A stretch of 36,295 bases of DNA, from the NCBI GenBank assembly GCA_018826645.1, contig JAHJZF010000050.1:1-36295 (forward strand), given 5' to 3'. Below, one piece after another: positions 1 through 9,438 of the stretch. A program made the position numbers and the translations under genes. The DNA comes from Patescibacteria group bacterium (GTDB lineage Bacteria > Patescibacteriota > Minisyncoccia > UBA6257 > Colwellbacteraceae). How positions within the stretch are numbered: the first letter of the stretch is position 1; the number at the start of each line of letters is the position of its first letter. The notes under the pieces are model-generated. The model had not been told where the DNA came from. It did no database searches and saw only the letters and a program-made list of their open reading frames with translations.

Positions 1-344
1 AGTTTTTAGTAGACGTAGCGGCTAGTGCGATTAAAAAAGCAAAGGGATTAAGCGGGAGAAAGGAGTTGTCTGCGAACGAAGGTATGCTTTTTATATTTAG
101 CCCTCCTTCCCAGAGAACTTTCTGGATGAAAAATATGTTAATTCCGATAGATATTATTTGGATTAATGAGGGGGTGGTGGTAGGAATTGAAAATCAGGTT
201 GACCCAGAGATCAAGACATCTCTTTATAAGAAGCAGAGATATTCTTCGCCCGAAAGAGTTGATTATGTTCTAGAGATAGCTGGCGGTAGGGCAGAAGAGT
301 TAAATATCCAAAAAGGAAGCAAGGCTCACATAAGTTTTAAATAG
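1..344 (+). CDS. DUF192 family protein (5' partial)
   Basis: Frame is open from base 3: FLVDVAASAIKKAKGLSGRKELSANEGMLF...FWMKNMLIPIDIIWI...YVLEI, typical DUF192 motifs. Confidence 0.85.
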   Translation, partial: FLVDVAASAIKKAKGLSGRKELSANEGMLFIFSPPSQRTFWMKNMLIPIDIIWINEGVVVGIENQVDPEIKTSLYKKQRYSSPERVDYVLEIAGGRAEELNIQKGSKAHISFK

Positions 345-350
345 ATAGGA

Positions 351-356
351 TATAAT
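351..356 (+). promoter_or_regulatory. -10 box (TATAAT) 6 nt upstream of the gap ATG; likely leaderless start
   Basis: TATAAT-aaaagt-ATG with no SD. Confidence 0.6.
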
Positions 357-362
357 AAAAGT

Positions 363-1382
363 ATGACAAAAATAGCAATAAACGGTTTCGGCCGAATTGG
401 TCGCCTCTTTTTAAAACAAATTCTCGAAGAGAAGGGTGTAAAAATAGTCGCCATTAATGATTTGGGAGATTTAGAAAACCTAGCCTATTTGCTTCAATAC
501 GATAGTGTCTATGGGAAATATGATAAGCAAGTCAAGACAAAGAAGGGAAAGCTTATTGTTGGAAAACATGAGATAGGGGTGTTGCAGATAAAAGATCCGG
601 CCGAGCTTCCATGGAAAAAATTGGGCGTAGATATAGTGGTTGAAGCAACGGGTGTTTTTAACTCATATGAAAAGGTAAAGCCCCACCTAAAGGCTGGCGC
701 CAAGAGAGTAGTGATTACAGCTCCTGCCAAAGATGCAGATGGCTCCAAGAATGCGACGGTTTTGGTTGGAGTGAATGAGAATAAGCTTAAGTCCGTTGTA
801 TTAAGTTCGAATGGTTCATGCACCACTAATGCCGTTTCGCCAGTGATATCTATTCTTTCAGAGAAGCTTGGAATTAAGAAAGCTATTCTTTCGACTGTGC
901 ACGGATATACCGCTACGCAATCTTTGGTTGATGGGCCAGTAAGAGGAGACGACTTCAGAAGAGGGAGAGCTGCGGCGCAAAATATAATTCCATCATCCAC
1001 AGGAGCTGCTATCGCAGTCGGACGCGCTATGCCTAAGATGAATGGCAAGTTTGACGGGGTGGCATTCAGGGTACCCGTCGTTGCGGGATCTCTAGCGGAC
1101 ATCACTTTGGTTTCTAAAAAGAAAACAAGCGTAGAGGAAGTTAATGGTATTTTAAAAAAGGCATCTAAAGACTCTCGATGGAAAAACATAATGAAAGTGA
1201 CGGAAGAGCCTATGGTCTCGACCGATATTATTAGTGAACCATACGGAGCAATAGTAGACCTCTCTTTCACAAGGGTGGTAGATGGAGATTTGGTGAAAGT
1301 TCTCTCTTGGTACGATAACGAGTTTGGATATGTAACAACCTTAGTGAAGCACGTGAAGCGGGTGGGCAGTTATCTAAAGTAG
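363..1382 (+). CDS. gap: Type I glyceraldehyde-3-phosphate dehydrogenase
   Basis: INGFGRIGR, SCTTN catalytic motif, WYDNE. Confidence 0.98.
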   Translation: MTKIAINGFGRIGRLFLKQILEEKGVKIVAINDLGDLENLAYLLQYDSVYGKYDKQVKTKKGKLIVGKHEIGVLQIKDPAELPWKKLGVDIVVEATGVFNSYEKVKPHLKAGAKRVVITAPAKDADGSKNATVLVGVNENKLKSVVLSSNGSCTTNAVSPVISILSEKLGIKKAILSTVHGYTATQSLVDGPVRGDDFRRGRAAAQNIIPSSTGAAIAVGRAMPKMNGKFDGVAFRVPVVAGSLADITLVSKKKTSVEEVNGILKKASKDSRWKNIMKVTEEPMVSTDIISEPYGAIVDLSFTRVVDGDLVKVLSWYDNEFGYVTTLVKHVKRVGSYLK

Positions 1383-1391
1383 TTTTTTAAG

Positions 1392-2432
1392 ATGATTAAA
1401 ATTTTAGAGCGAGCACTCGTTTGGGTGCTTCTCGGGATGATTTTAGTTTTTCTTACTTGGTTCATTCTTTTTGCGAGGGAGCTTTATTCTATTAAAGCTA
1501 GTTTTGATTACTCGGTCGTAGCTATAGAAGAGATGGGGAAAAGATTAGCCATTATCGAAGAAGAACGAGTTAAGACAACCTTAGTTTTTGTCGGAGACAT
1601 TATGCTCTCAAGGGCTGTGGGGACAAAGATGAGCGCCCTAGATGATTACAAATATCCTTTTATGAAGACGGCAGAATTTCTCAAAAGTGCTGATTTAGCC
1701 TTTGGCAACTTAGAGACCCCAATCTCTAGTCAAGGTAAAAATCAAGGAAGTATTTATTCTTTTCGATCTGACCCTCGGGTAATTGAGGGGTTAACATATT
1801 CAGGATTTGATGTTTTATCTTTGGCCAATAATCATATTTGGGATTGGGGCGCTACGGCAATGCTCGATACCATCTCTTTGCTTGAAGAGGCCGAGATTCG
1901 TCCCGTTGGAGCAGGGGCAGATTATGCTAAAGCAAACCAACCGGCGTTATTCACATTGAATAAGCAAAAGATTGCGATAACGGCATATACCAATCTTTTG
2001 CTAGAGAGTTTGCAAGCTACTTCCGATACTTCAGGACTGAGCGATTTTAACCTAGATAAAATTAAGGCTGTTGTTAACGAACTCAAGAAAGAAGAAAATT
2101 TAGTTATAGTTTCGCTTCATTGGGGCGAGGAATATGCTGTTTCTTCCAATGAATTACAGAGGGCGATAGCTAGAGAGTTGGTGGATGCAGGCGTAGATAT
2201 AGTGGTGGGGCATCATCCGCACGTAGTGCAGGAACTCGAGCATTACAAGGATGGGTGGATAGCCTATAGTCTGGGTAATTTTATTTTTGATCAGACTTTT
2301 TCAGAAGAGACTATGCGAGGGGCAGCATTGCAGGTGGAGATTGTCGGGGGAGACATTGTGACAGCTAAGCTTTTGCCGGTTGAGATATCGCCCTTTTTCC
2401 AAGCCGATATAAATGTCGGTGAGTTGCCCTAG
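1392..2432 (+). CDS. CapA family (poly-gamma-glutamate synthesis-like) metallophosphoesterase with N-terminal TM
   Basis: VGDIML, GNLE, LANNH, HWG.EY, GHHPHV, YSLGNF motifs. Confidence 0.9.
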   Translation: MIKILERALVWVLLGMILVFLTWFILFARELYSIKASFDYSVVAIEEMGKRLAIIEEERVKTTLVFVGDIMLSRAVGTKMSALDDYKYPFMKTAEFLKSADLAFGNLETPISSQGKNQGSIYSFRSDPRVIEGLTYSGFDVLSLANNHIWDWGATAMLDTISLLEEAEIRPVGAGADYAKANQPALFTLNKQKIAITAYTNLLLESLQATSDTSGLSDFNLDKIKAVVNELKKEENLVIVSLHWGEEYAVSSNELQRAIARELVDAGVDIVVGHHPHVVQELEHYKDGWIAYSLGNFIFDQTFSEETMRGAALQVEIVGGDIVTAKLLPVEISPFFQADINVGELP

Positions 2433-2503
2433 ATTTAGTTTGATAAGTTGGTAGATTCTGGAAATTTAACATCACTTTGCCGAGATAGCTTATAATATAA
2501 AGA

Positions 2504-2959
2504 ATGATTATATATATCGGAGCGGACCATAGGGGATTTAACTTAAAAGAACAGCTTAAGGCGTTTTTGCAAGAAAGTGGATACACGGTCAGCGACTTAG
2601 GTGCAGAAGCTATTTTGAAAGAAGATGATTATATTGATTATGCCAAAGCGGTAGCGGAGAAGGTGTCTATGGATCCAACCAATAGCAAAGGAGTTCTAGT
2701 GTGCGGTTCGGGTGTGGGGATGGATATAGCGGCAAACAAGTTTGCAAACGTTAGAAGTGTTTTAGCGATGTCTCCAGACCACGTGATGGCTAGTCGAAAC
2801 GATGACGACACAAATATAGTTTCTTTAGGCGCTAATTTTATTGATACAGAAACCGCCAAAAGAATTGTAAGCGTGTGGCTCCAAACCCCGTTTTCGGGAG
2901 AAGAAGAAGATAGGCGCAGAATAGAACAATTAAAAAACCTTGATCATACCAGCAATTAA
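2504..2959 (+). CDS. rpiB: Ribose-5-phosphate isomerase B (RpiB/LacA/LacB family)
   Basis: GADHRG, CGSGVG, AANK motifs; TATAAT at 2491-2496 lies 7 nt before the ATG. Confidence 0.9.
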   Translation: MIIYIGADHRGFNLKEQLKAFLQESGYTVSDLGAEAILKEDDYIDYAKAVAEKVSMDPTNSKGVLVCGSGVGMDIAANKFANVRSVLAMSPDHVMASRNDDDTNIVSLGANFIDTETAKRIVSVWLQTPFSGEEEDRRRIEQLKNLDHTSN

Positions 2960-3578
2960 TTGTCCCGATTTTATTAGTGCGAGCAGAAATATCAGACTGG
3001 CTGAAAGGTTTCTATCGCCATCTGTTGGTTGGATACACATAGACATATCAGATGGAAAGTTTAGCGATACCGAAAGTTGGGGAGACGTTGAGGAATTTTT
3101 AAATCTTAGAACACGTTTAAATATGGAAGTGCATTTGATGGTTGAAGAACCCGAAAAGATTGCGGGTGAGTGGCTTAAGGCTGGTGCTAAAAGATTCATT
3201 GTTTCCGTTCGGGATAAAAAAGCTATAAAAAGATTGGTGAAGGAGGCGAAAAAATATAAAGCCGAAATCGTCCCATCGTTTGATTTAGAGACATCAAATC
3301 AAGAAGCTCTTAGTTATCTTGAGGATTTTAATTATGTGCATGTTTTAGCGATTAACCCTGGTCCAAGTGGCCAATCTTTTAATTTCGGGGCGTTAGAAAA
3401 GATTGAATTTTTGCGAGGTCAAAACCGAGGTGTTAAAATAGAAGTAGACGGAGGAATTAATCCAGAAACTGGAATGCAGGCATTGGGCGCGGGGGCAGAT
3501 GTCTTAATCGTCGGGAGCTATATCTTTGAGAATGACGATCCAGCGTTGGCTTATCGAGAACTAGAATCACTTATCTAA
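2940..3578 (+). CDS. rpe: Ribulose-phosphate 3-epimerase
   Basis: HIDISDG, VHLMV, PGPSGQ, EVDGG; TTG start overlaps rpiB. Confidence 0.9.
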   Translation: MIIPAINCPDFISASRNIRLAERFLSPSVGWIHIDISDGKFSDTESWGDVEEFLNLRTRLNMEVHLMVEEPEKIAGEWLKAGAKRFIVSVRDKKAIKRLVKEAKKYKAEIVPSFDLETSNQEALSYLEDFNYVHVLAINPGPSGQSFNFGALEKIEFLRGQNRGVKIEVDGGINPETGMQALGAGADVLIVGSYIFENDDPALAYRELESLI

Positions 3579-4435
3579 TGTATTTAGACGAAAAAGAACA
3601 AAAATTTTTACAGGAGACTGCTAATAAAATTAGGAGGAAGATTATTGATATTCTTGAAGATGCTGGAAGTGGTCATTCTGCTGGTTCTCTTGGAATGGCA
3701 GACGTCTTTACCGCGCTCTATTTCCATATTCTTAAACACGATCCTAAGAACCCAAGCTGGGAAGAGAGAGATCGATTGGTGCTTTCGAATGGTCATATAG
3801 CGCCTGTTCAATATGTTACGATGGCCTACGCTGGATATTTACCAGTAAAGGAACTGAAGACATTAAGAAAGCTTCATTCTCGTCTACAGGGGCATCCTCA
3901 TCGAGAGGCGTTGCCTGGCATAGAGACTACTTCTGGTCCTCTTGGCGCCGGTCTTTCGCAGGCGGCCGGCATGGCACTGGCTGCGAGATTAGATGGTAGA
4001 AAGCATAGAATCTATTGTTTAATGTCTGATGGAGAACAGCAAGAGGGGTTAATTTGGGAGGCATCCATGTTTATTGGCAATAATAAGCTCTCGAACATTA
4101 CGGCCATTATGGATAGAAATAACATCCAAATAGATGGTTCTACGGAAAACGTGATGCCCCTCGAGCCCCTTAAAGAAAAGTATGAGGCTTTTGGATGGCA
4201 TGTTTTAGATATAGACGGTCACGATATAGAGCAGATAGTAGACGCGACCAACGAAGCGAAAGCAATTACATATCAGCCGACCCTCATAGTCGCCCATACA
4301 ATCCCGGGGAAGGGCGTGAGTTTTATGGAAGGGGATTTTGGGTGGCACGGTAAAGCGCCAACAAGATCGCAAGAACAAAAAGCGTTGGCAGAACTTCGGA
4401 CTATGAAGGGTAAGATTAAATCAGAACACGAATAA
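3578..4435 (+). CDS. tkt: Transketolase, N-terminal (TPP-binding) subunit
   Basis: SGH, DRLVLSNGH, LQGHP, SDGEQQEG...N TPP motif, GKG. Confidence 0.95.
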   Translation: MYLDEKEQKFLQETANKIRRKIIDILEDAGSGHSAGSLGMADVFTALYFHILKHDPKNPSWEERDRLVLSNGHIAPVQYVTMAYAGYLPVKELKTLRKLHSRLQGHPHREALPGIETTSGPLGAGLSQAAGMALAARLDGRKHRIYCLMSDGEQQEGLIWEASMFIGNNKLSNITAIMDRNNIQIDGSTENVMPLEPLKEKYEAFGWHVLDIDGHDIEQIVDATNEAKAITYQPTLIVAHTIPGKGVSFMEGDFGWHGKAPTRSQEQKALAELRTMKGKIKSEHE

Positions 4436-4436
4436 T

Positions 4437-5435
4437 ATGTTTAATAGAGGGCAAAAATTAAATAAAAAACTTTTTAATAAAAATATTGAAAAAGCATCTC
4501 TTCGAGATGGTTATGGAGAAGGATTGGTTCTCGCCGGTGAAAAACATGATAGCGTAGTAGCGCTTTGTGCGGATTTAACAGAATCTACACGCACTAACGC
4601 TTTTGCGGAAAAATTTCCTGAAAGATATTTTGAGATAGGGGTTGCTGAACAAAATATGGCAGGCATAGCCGCTGGTTTAGGCGTGTCAGGTAAAATTCCA
4701 TTTATGGCGTCTTACGCTACTTTCTCGCCGGGCAGGAATTGGGAGCAGATTAGAACAAATATTTCATATAACAATTCCAACGTTAAGATTGCTGGACATC
4801 ACGCTGGCGTAAGTGTCGGTCCGGACGGAGCTACTCATCAGGCCATCGAAGACATCGCCACCATGAGAGTGATGGCTAATATGAGAGTTATCGTTCCCTG
4901 CGATATTAATGAAGCGCGCAAAGCAACCGTTGTCGCTTCGGAGGTGTGGGGGCCGACGTATTTGAGGTTCACCAAAGAAGAGACACCGGTTATTACATCT
5001 TCAGAGACACCTTTTCAGCCCGGAAAGGCAGAAATTTTCTGGGAATCTAAAAGTCCGCGATGTGCAATTATTGCTTGTGGACCCTTGGTTTATAATACAA
5101 TGCTTGCTGCCAAAGAGCTTGAGGGCGAGGGGATAGATACAATTGTGGTCAATAACCACACTATAAAGCCGATGGACAATGCCCTGATTCTTAGCGTAGC
5201 TAAACGTTGCGGAGCCGTAGTAACAGTTGAAGAACATCAAGTTGAAGGAGGTATGGGGAGTGCGGTAGCAGAAGTTTTATCTAGCAATTTGCCGACACCC
5301 CAAGAGTTTATTGGAGTGTCGGGTGTTTTTGGAGAGTCTGGAACACCTGATGAATTAATTGATAAATATGGCATGGCGGTTAAAGATATTAAGTCAGCGG
5401 TCAAAAAAGTTATTAAAAGAAAAAATGGGCACTAA
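4437..5435 (+). CDS. tkt: Transketolase, C-terminal subunit
   Basis: GVAEQNM, GPDGATHQ, VTVEEH. Confidence 0.95.
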   Translation: MFNRGQKLNKKLFNKNIEKASLRDGYGEGLVLAGEKHDSVVALCADLTESTRTNAFAEKFPERYFEIGVAEQNMAGIAAGLGVSGKIPFMASYATFSPGRNWEQIRTNISYNNSNVKIAGHHAGVSVGPDGATHQAIEDIATMRVMANMRVIVPCDINEARKATVVASEVWGPTYLRFTKEETPVITSSETPFQPGKAEIFWESKSPRCAIIACGPLVYNTMLAAKELEGEGIDTIVVNNHTIKPMDNALILSVAKRCGAVVTVEEHQVEGGMGSAVAEVLSSNLPTPQEFIGVSGVFGESGTPDELIDKYGMAVKDIKSAVKKVIKRKNGH

Positions 5436-6420
5436 AAAACAATACGACTTCATTGCTATAGGAGACCAGACGACAGACGCTTTTATTAAGCTGAAAGATG
5501 CCGAGGTCCGCCATATTAATCATGACGAGCAATTAATTTGCATGCGTTTCGCAGATAAAATTCCTTACGAAGAAGTGAACGTAATACCAGCAGTCGGAAA
5601 TGCTGCCAACGCTGCAGTGAGCGCTTCGAGGTTGGGTCTCAAAAGTGCTTTTGTTTCGAATATAGGGGACGATAGAAATGGCGAAGATGCTCTAGCTGTT
5701 TTTAAAGAAGAGGGGGTGGGGACAGAATTTGTAAAAGTTCATAAGAATAAAAAAACGAACTATCACTACGTGCTTTCGTTCAAGGGAGAGAGAACGATTC
5801 TTATTAAACACGAAGAGTATAAATATGCTCTGCCTTCAATAGGCAGTCCTAAGTGGATTTATTTTTCATCTGTTGGTGACAAAACGCTTCCTTTCCATAA
5901 ACAGATAGAGAGGTATTTGGATAAACACAAGGGAGTAAAGATGGCTTTTCAGCCAGGAACTTTTCAAATGAACTTTGGAAAAGAGAAACTTAAAGGCATC
6001 TACCAAAGGACAGAATTATTCTTTTGCAATCGTGAAGAGGCGCAAAGAATTTTGGGTAAGTCAGAAAAAGATATTAAGAAGCTTCTGGATAGCATCCACC
6101 GATTAGGCCCTCAAATAGTTGTGATTACAGACGGGAAAGACGGTGCTTTTGTAAAAGAGGGTAAAAATTATTGGTTTATGCCGATATATCCTGATAAAAA
6201 ACCTCCGCTTGAGAGAACCGGAGCGGGAGATGCTTTTTCGAGCACTTTTGCTGTTGCGCTGGCACACGGTAGGGGAGTAGAAGAAGCTCTTATGTGGGCA
6301 CCTGTTAATTCGATGTCCGTGGTTCAAATGGTGGGTGCGCGCGCAGGACTAGTCTCGATGCGTGAGTTAGAGAAATATTTGTTGAGAGCCCCCAAGACTT
6401 ATAGACCCAAGAAGATTTAG
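5425..6420 (+). CDS. PfkB/ribokinase family carbohydrate kinase
   Basis: GNAANAAV..SRLG, NREEA, TGAGDAF; start placed at ATG 5425. Confidence 0.9.
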   Translation: MGTKKQYDFIAIGDQTTDAFIKLKDAEVRHINHDEQLICMRFADKIPYEEVNVIPAVGNAANAAVSASRLGLKSAFVSNIGDDRNGEDALAVFKEEGVGTEFVKVHKNKKTNYHYVLSFKGERTILIKHEEYKYALPSIGSPKWIYFSSVGDKTLPFHKQIERYLDKHKGVKMAFQPGTFQMNFGKEKLKGIYQRTELFFCNREEAQRILGKSEKDIKKLLDSIHRLGPQIVVITDGKDGAFVKEGKNYWFMPIYPDKKPPLERTGAGDAFSSTFAVALAHGRGVEEALMWAPVNSMSVVQMVGARAGLVSMRELEKYLLRAPKTYRPKKI

Positions 6421-6424
6421 CTAT

Positions 6425-7297
6425 ATGAGAATAAAAACTTTGCGATCAGCAATTGAATGGGCAAAAGACAAGGGCGTAGCGCTTGGGCATTTTAATATTT
6501 CAGACATATCCGCTTTTCACGCCATAACAAAGGCGGCCAAAGAGCTTGGCGTGCCAATTATTATCGGAACTTCTGAGGGTGAAGCGGATTATATTGACTT
6601 AGACGTGGCGATGGCGATGGTGATAGATGCGCGCAAAGAGCTCGACCACCCTATATTTTTAAATGCCGACCATTTTAGAAGTTTAGAAAAAGTAAGAGAA
6701 GCCGTAATAGCTGGATACGATTCAGTTATTTTTGATGCTGCGGGTCAATCTATTGATGAGAATATTGAGAAAACAAAGGAGGTCGTAGATTTAGTGAAGA
6801 CTATAGATAAAGAAATTTTCGTTGAAGGAGAGCTTGGCTATATTGGCGAGTCTTCTAAAATTTTTGAAGAGATTCCAGAAGGCGTTGAAATAGTTCGAGA
6901 TGCTTTGCCGATCCCAGAAGATGTGGCGCGTTTTGTTAAAGAGACGGGCGTTGATTTGATAGCTCCGGCGGTTGGGAATCTGCACGGTATGTTTAAGGAT
7001 GCTCCGAACCCAAAGCTAGATATCGATTTGATTAAATCAATTGGTGTATCGGCGGGTGTACCGATGGTGCTTCATGGAGGGTCTGGCATCAGTGACGAAG
7101 ATTTTAAATCCGCTATTGAGGCTGGAATGCGTATAATTCACGTCAATACAGAAATTAGAGTTGCTTGGCGCGAGGGCATTGAAGATGCATTAGAAGACAA
7201 GAGTAAAATCGCTCCCTATAAGGTTTTCCCAGAGTCTGAAGATAAGATTTATAAGATAGTCTTAGATAGATTGAAATTGTTTAACGGGATGTTATAA
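6425..7297 (+). CDS. fba: Class II fructose-bisphosphate aldolase
   Basis: ADH, VEGELG, AVGNLHG, VLHGGSG, NT motifs. Confidence 0.93.
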   Translation: MRIKTLRSAIEWAKDKGVALGHFNISDISAFHAITKAAKELGVPIIIGTSEGEADYIDLDVAMAMVIDARKELDHPIFLNADHFRSLEKVREAVIAGYDSVIFDAAGQSIDENIEKTKEVVDLVKTIDKEIFVEGELGYIGESSKIFEEIPEGVEIVRDALPIPEDVARFVKETGVDLIAPAVGNLHGMFKDAPNPKLDIDLIKSIGVSAGVPMVLHGGSGISDEDFKSAIEAGMRIIHVNTEIRVAWREGIEDALEDKSKIAPYKVFPESEDKIYKIVLDRLKLFNGML

Positions 7298-7309
7298 TCC
7301 CCCTTACTT

Positions 7310-7978
7310 ATGGATTTAGAATTAGAGGCACAAAAAAGAGAAGTGTTGGGTAAGAAAGTTGAGACCCTTCGTGAAAGCGGGTTTATTCCAGCAGAATTAT
7401 ATGGAAGTGGCGCAGAGAACGTTCATCTTTCTATTAAAGAAAGCGATTTTACTCGAGTTTATAAAGAAGCAGGAGAGAACACCATGGTCAATCTTACGTT
7501 TGGTGATCAGGCGAGGCCTATTTTTATACATGAAGTCCAAATAGATCCAATAACGGAGAATATATTGGCCGTCGACTTCTATCAGGTAAATCTTAAAGAG
7601 AAGACTACTGCTAATGTGCCCTTGGAGTTTGTGGGTGAATCGCATGCCGTTGAAGAGTTGGGCGGTATCTTAAACAAGGTGCTTGACGAGGTGGAGGTGG
7701 AGGCTCTACCAGCCGACATCCCCCACGTCATAGAAGTAGATATCTCTGCGTTAGACGACTTTAGTAAATCCATTACTGTTGCAGACCTTGTTAGAGAGGC
7801 TCAATTTGAAATTATGAATGATCCTGAGGTTGTTGTAGCGAGCGTGACTGAGCCGAGAGAGGAGGAGGAAGAGCCGATAGAAGAATTATCTCCAGAGGAT
7901 GTAGAGGTTGAAGGCGAGAAGCGTGATAAGGGGGATGAAGGGGAGGAAGAAGGCGGTGCTAACCAAGAAGACTCTTAA
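7310..7978 (+). CDS. rplY: 50S ribosomal protein L25/Ctc (long form, acidic tail)
   Basis: LR..G.IPA.LYG, VDFY, VPL..VGE, LP.DIP..IEVDIS.L. Confidence 0.95.
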   Translation: MDLELEAQKREVLGKKVETLRESGFIPAELYGSGAENVHLSIKESDFTRVYKEAGENTMVNLTFGDQARPIFIHEVQIDPITENILAVDFYQVNLKEKTTANVPLEFVGESHAVEELGGILNKVLDEVEVEALPADIPHVIEVDISALDDFSKSITVADLVREAQFEIMNDPEVVVASVTEPREEEEEPIEELSPEDVEVEGEKRDKGDEGEEEGGANQEDS

Positions 7979-7998
7979 TACGTTGTATAATAAAAGTA

Positions 7999-9438
7999 AT
8001 GAGACCCAGACCCCGCCTTTTAGTAGACATAAAGAGGGGGTGGAGGGTTGATGTTTTTACCCCGCGGTCGGGGCGCGTCAACTTAAGCCCTATATCTAAA
8101 ACCAGAGAGAGAAGACCTCTGTTAAAACCAGTTTTGGGAGTGTTGGCCACTATTGGCTTTGTTCTTATGGCTAATGGTTCAGCCTTTGCTCCGATAGGGG
8201 GAGGAGTGAGAGCTTTGACCATAGAGCAGGAGCGTGAACAACTTGAAGGCCAGCTTCAAAAATTAGAACAAGAGGCAAAACAATACGAGCAGACTATTAC
8301 TGAGTATCGAAAAAAAGGGAATACCCTACAGTCTGAGATAGATCGTCTTAATGCTCGGATTGCTAATATTAATGGCCAAATTGGCACGATTACATCCTCT
8401 CTTAATAAATTAACTGGCCAAATTAAAACGACCAGTTCAAGAATAGAAGAGGTCCAAGGGAAAATAGGACGCAGCAAAGATAGTCTTTCAGAAGTCGTTC
8501 AGAGGATGAGTCGAGATGAAGAGAAGGGTGTTTTGGAGATTCTCCTTACCAATCAAAACCTCTCAGATTTCTTTACAAGCGTGAATGACCTTCTGGTGAT
8601 TCAAGACAGTCTAAAGGAATCTATTATGAACTTAGATCAATTTAGAGAAGAACTTATTACGCAAAAAGAGATTCTTGCGCTTGAGAGATCTGACATAGAA
8701 GCATTGCGTCTTTATCAGGTAAGGCAGAAGCAAGAGGTGGACTCTGTAAAATCTGATAAAAACAACTTGCTGGCTGTTACCAAAGGAGAAGAAGCCGTGT
8801 ACCAACAATTATTAAACATAACAGAGCAAACAGCCGCAGAAATTAGGGCTAGAATCTTCCGTCTTTTGGGTGGTGGACAAATGACGTTCGAAGAAGCTTA
8901 TAAATTTGCGAGCTACGTCGAAAAAAGAACGGGCGTGAGAGCGGCTTTGATATTGGCCGTATTAGATAGAGAATCTGCTTTAGGTAGAAATGTGGGGCAG
9001 TGTAATTATAAAACGGCCATGGCGCCTGGTCCGCCTGAGTCTAGCCGAGACGACATTACGCCTTTCTTACAAATTACTAAGGCTCTTAATTTGGACCCAG
9101 ACAAGACATTAGTCTCGTGTCCGATAGTGGCCGATGGTTATTATGGCGGAGCGATGGGTCCGTCTCAGTTTATCCCTAGCACTTGGGTAGGATATCAAGC
9201 ACGTATCGAAGCGGTAACTGGCAACAGGCCAGCCAGCCCGTGGAATAATTTAGATGCCTTCGTTGCTACGGGCCTTTATTTGAAAGATTCTGGAGCAGCT
9301 TCAAACGAGCTTGCCGCCGCCGCTCGTTACTACTGTGGAGGAAATTGGCAGAGGTATGTCTGTACGAACGTCTATGGAAAAGCCGTGATAGAAAGAGCCA
9401 CTGATTTTGAGAGAGACATCAAGATTCTCGGGGGCTAA
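7999..9438 (+). CDS. Membrane-anchored coiled-coil protein with C-terminal lytic murein transglycosylase (SLT/MltB-like) domain
   Basis: TM segment, long heptad coiled coil, then RES and GAMGPSQFIPSTW. Confidence 0.82.
   Translation: MRPRPRLLVDIKRGWRVDVFTPRSGRVNLSPISKTRERRPLLKPVLGVLATIGFVLMANGSAFAPIGGGVRALTIEQEREQLEGQLQKLEQEAKQYEQTITEYRKKGNTLQSEIDRLNARIANINGQIGTITSSLNKLTGQIKTTSSRIEEVQGKIGRSKDSLSEVVQRMSRDEEKGVLEILLTNQNLSDFFTSVNDLLVIQDSLKESIMNLDQFREELITQKEILALERSDIEALRLYQVRQKQEVDSVKSDKNNLLAVTKGEEAVYQQLLNITEQTAAEIRARIFRLLGGGQMTFEEAYKFASYVEKRTGVRAALILAVLDRESALGRNVGQCNYKTAMAPGPPESSRDDITPFLQITKALNLDPDKTLVSCPIVADGYYGGAMGPSQFIPSTWVGYQARIEAVTGNRPASPWNNLDAFVATGLYLKDSGAASNELAAAARYYCGGNWQRYVCTNVYGKAVIERATDFERDIKILGG

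Noticed and set aside
509..1270. 253-aa antisense ORF in gap, and similar antisense ORFs in ftsZ, nrdJ, the pilin and the FN3 gene
   Set aside because: Shadow frames of well-supported genes with no recognisable motifs
7279..7292. GTTTAACGGGATG resembling an element end
   Set aside because: Partial match within fba codons with no partner repeat
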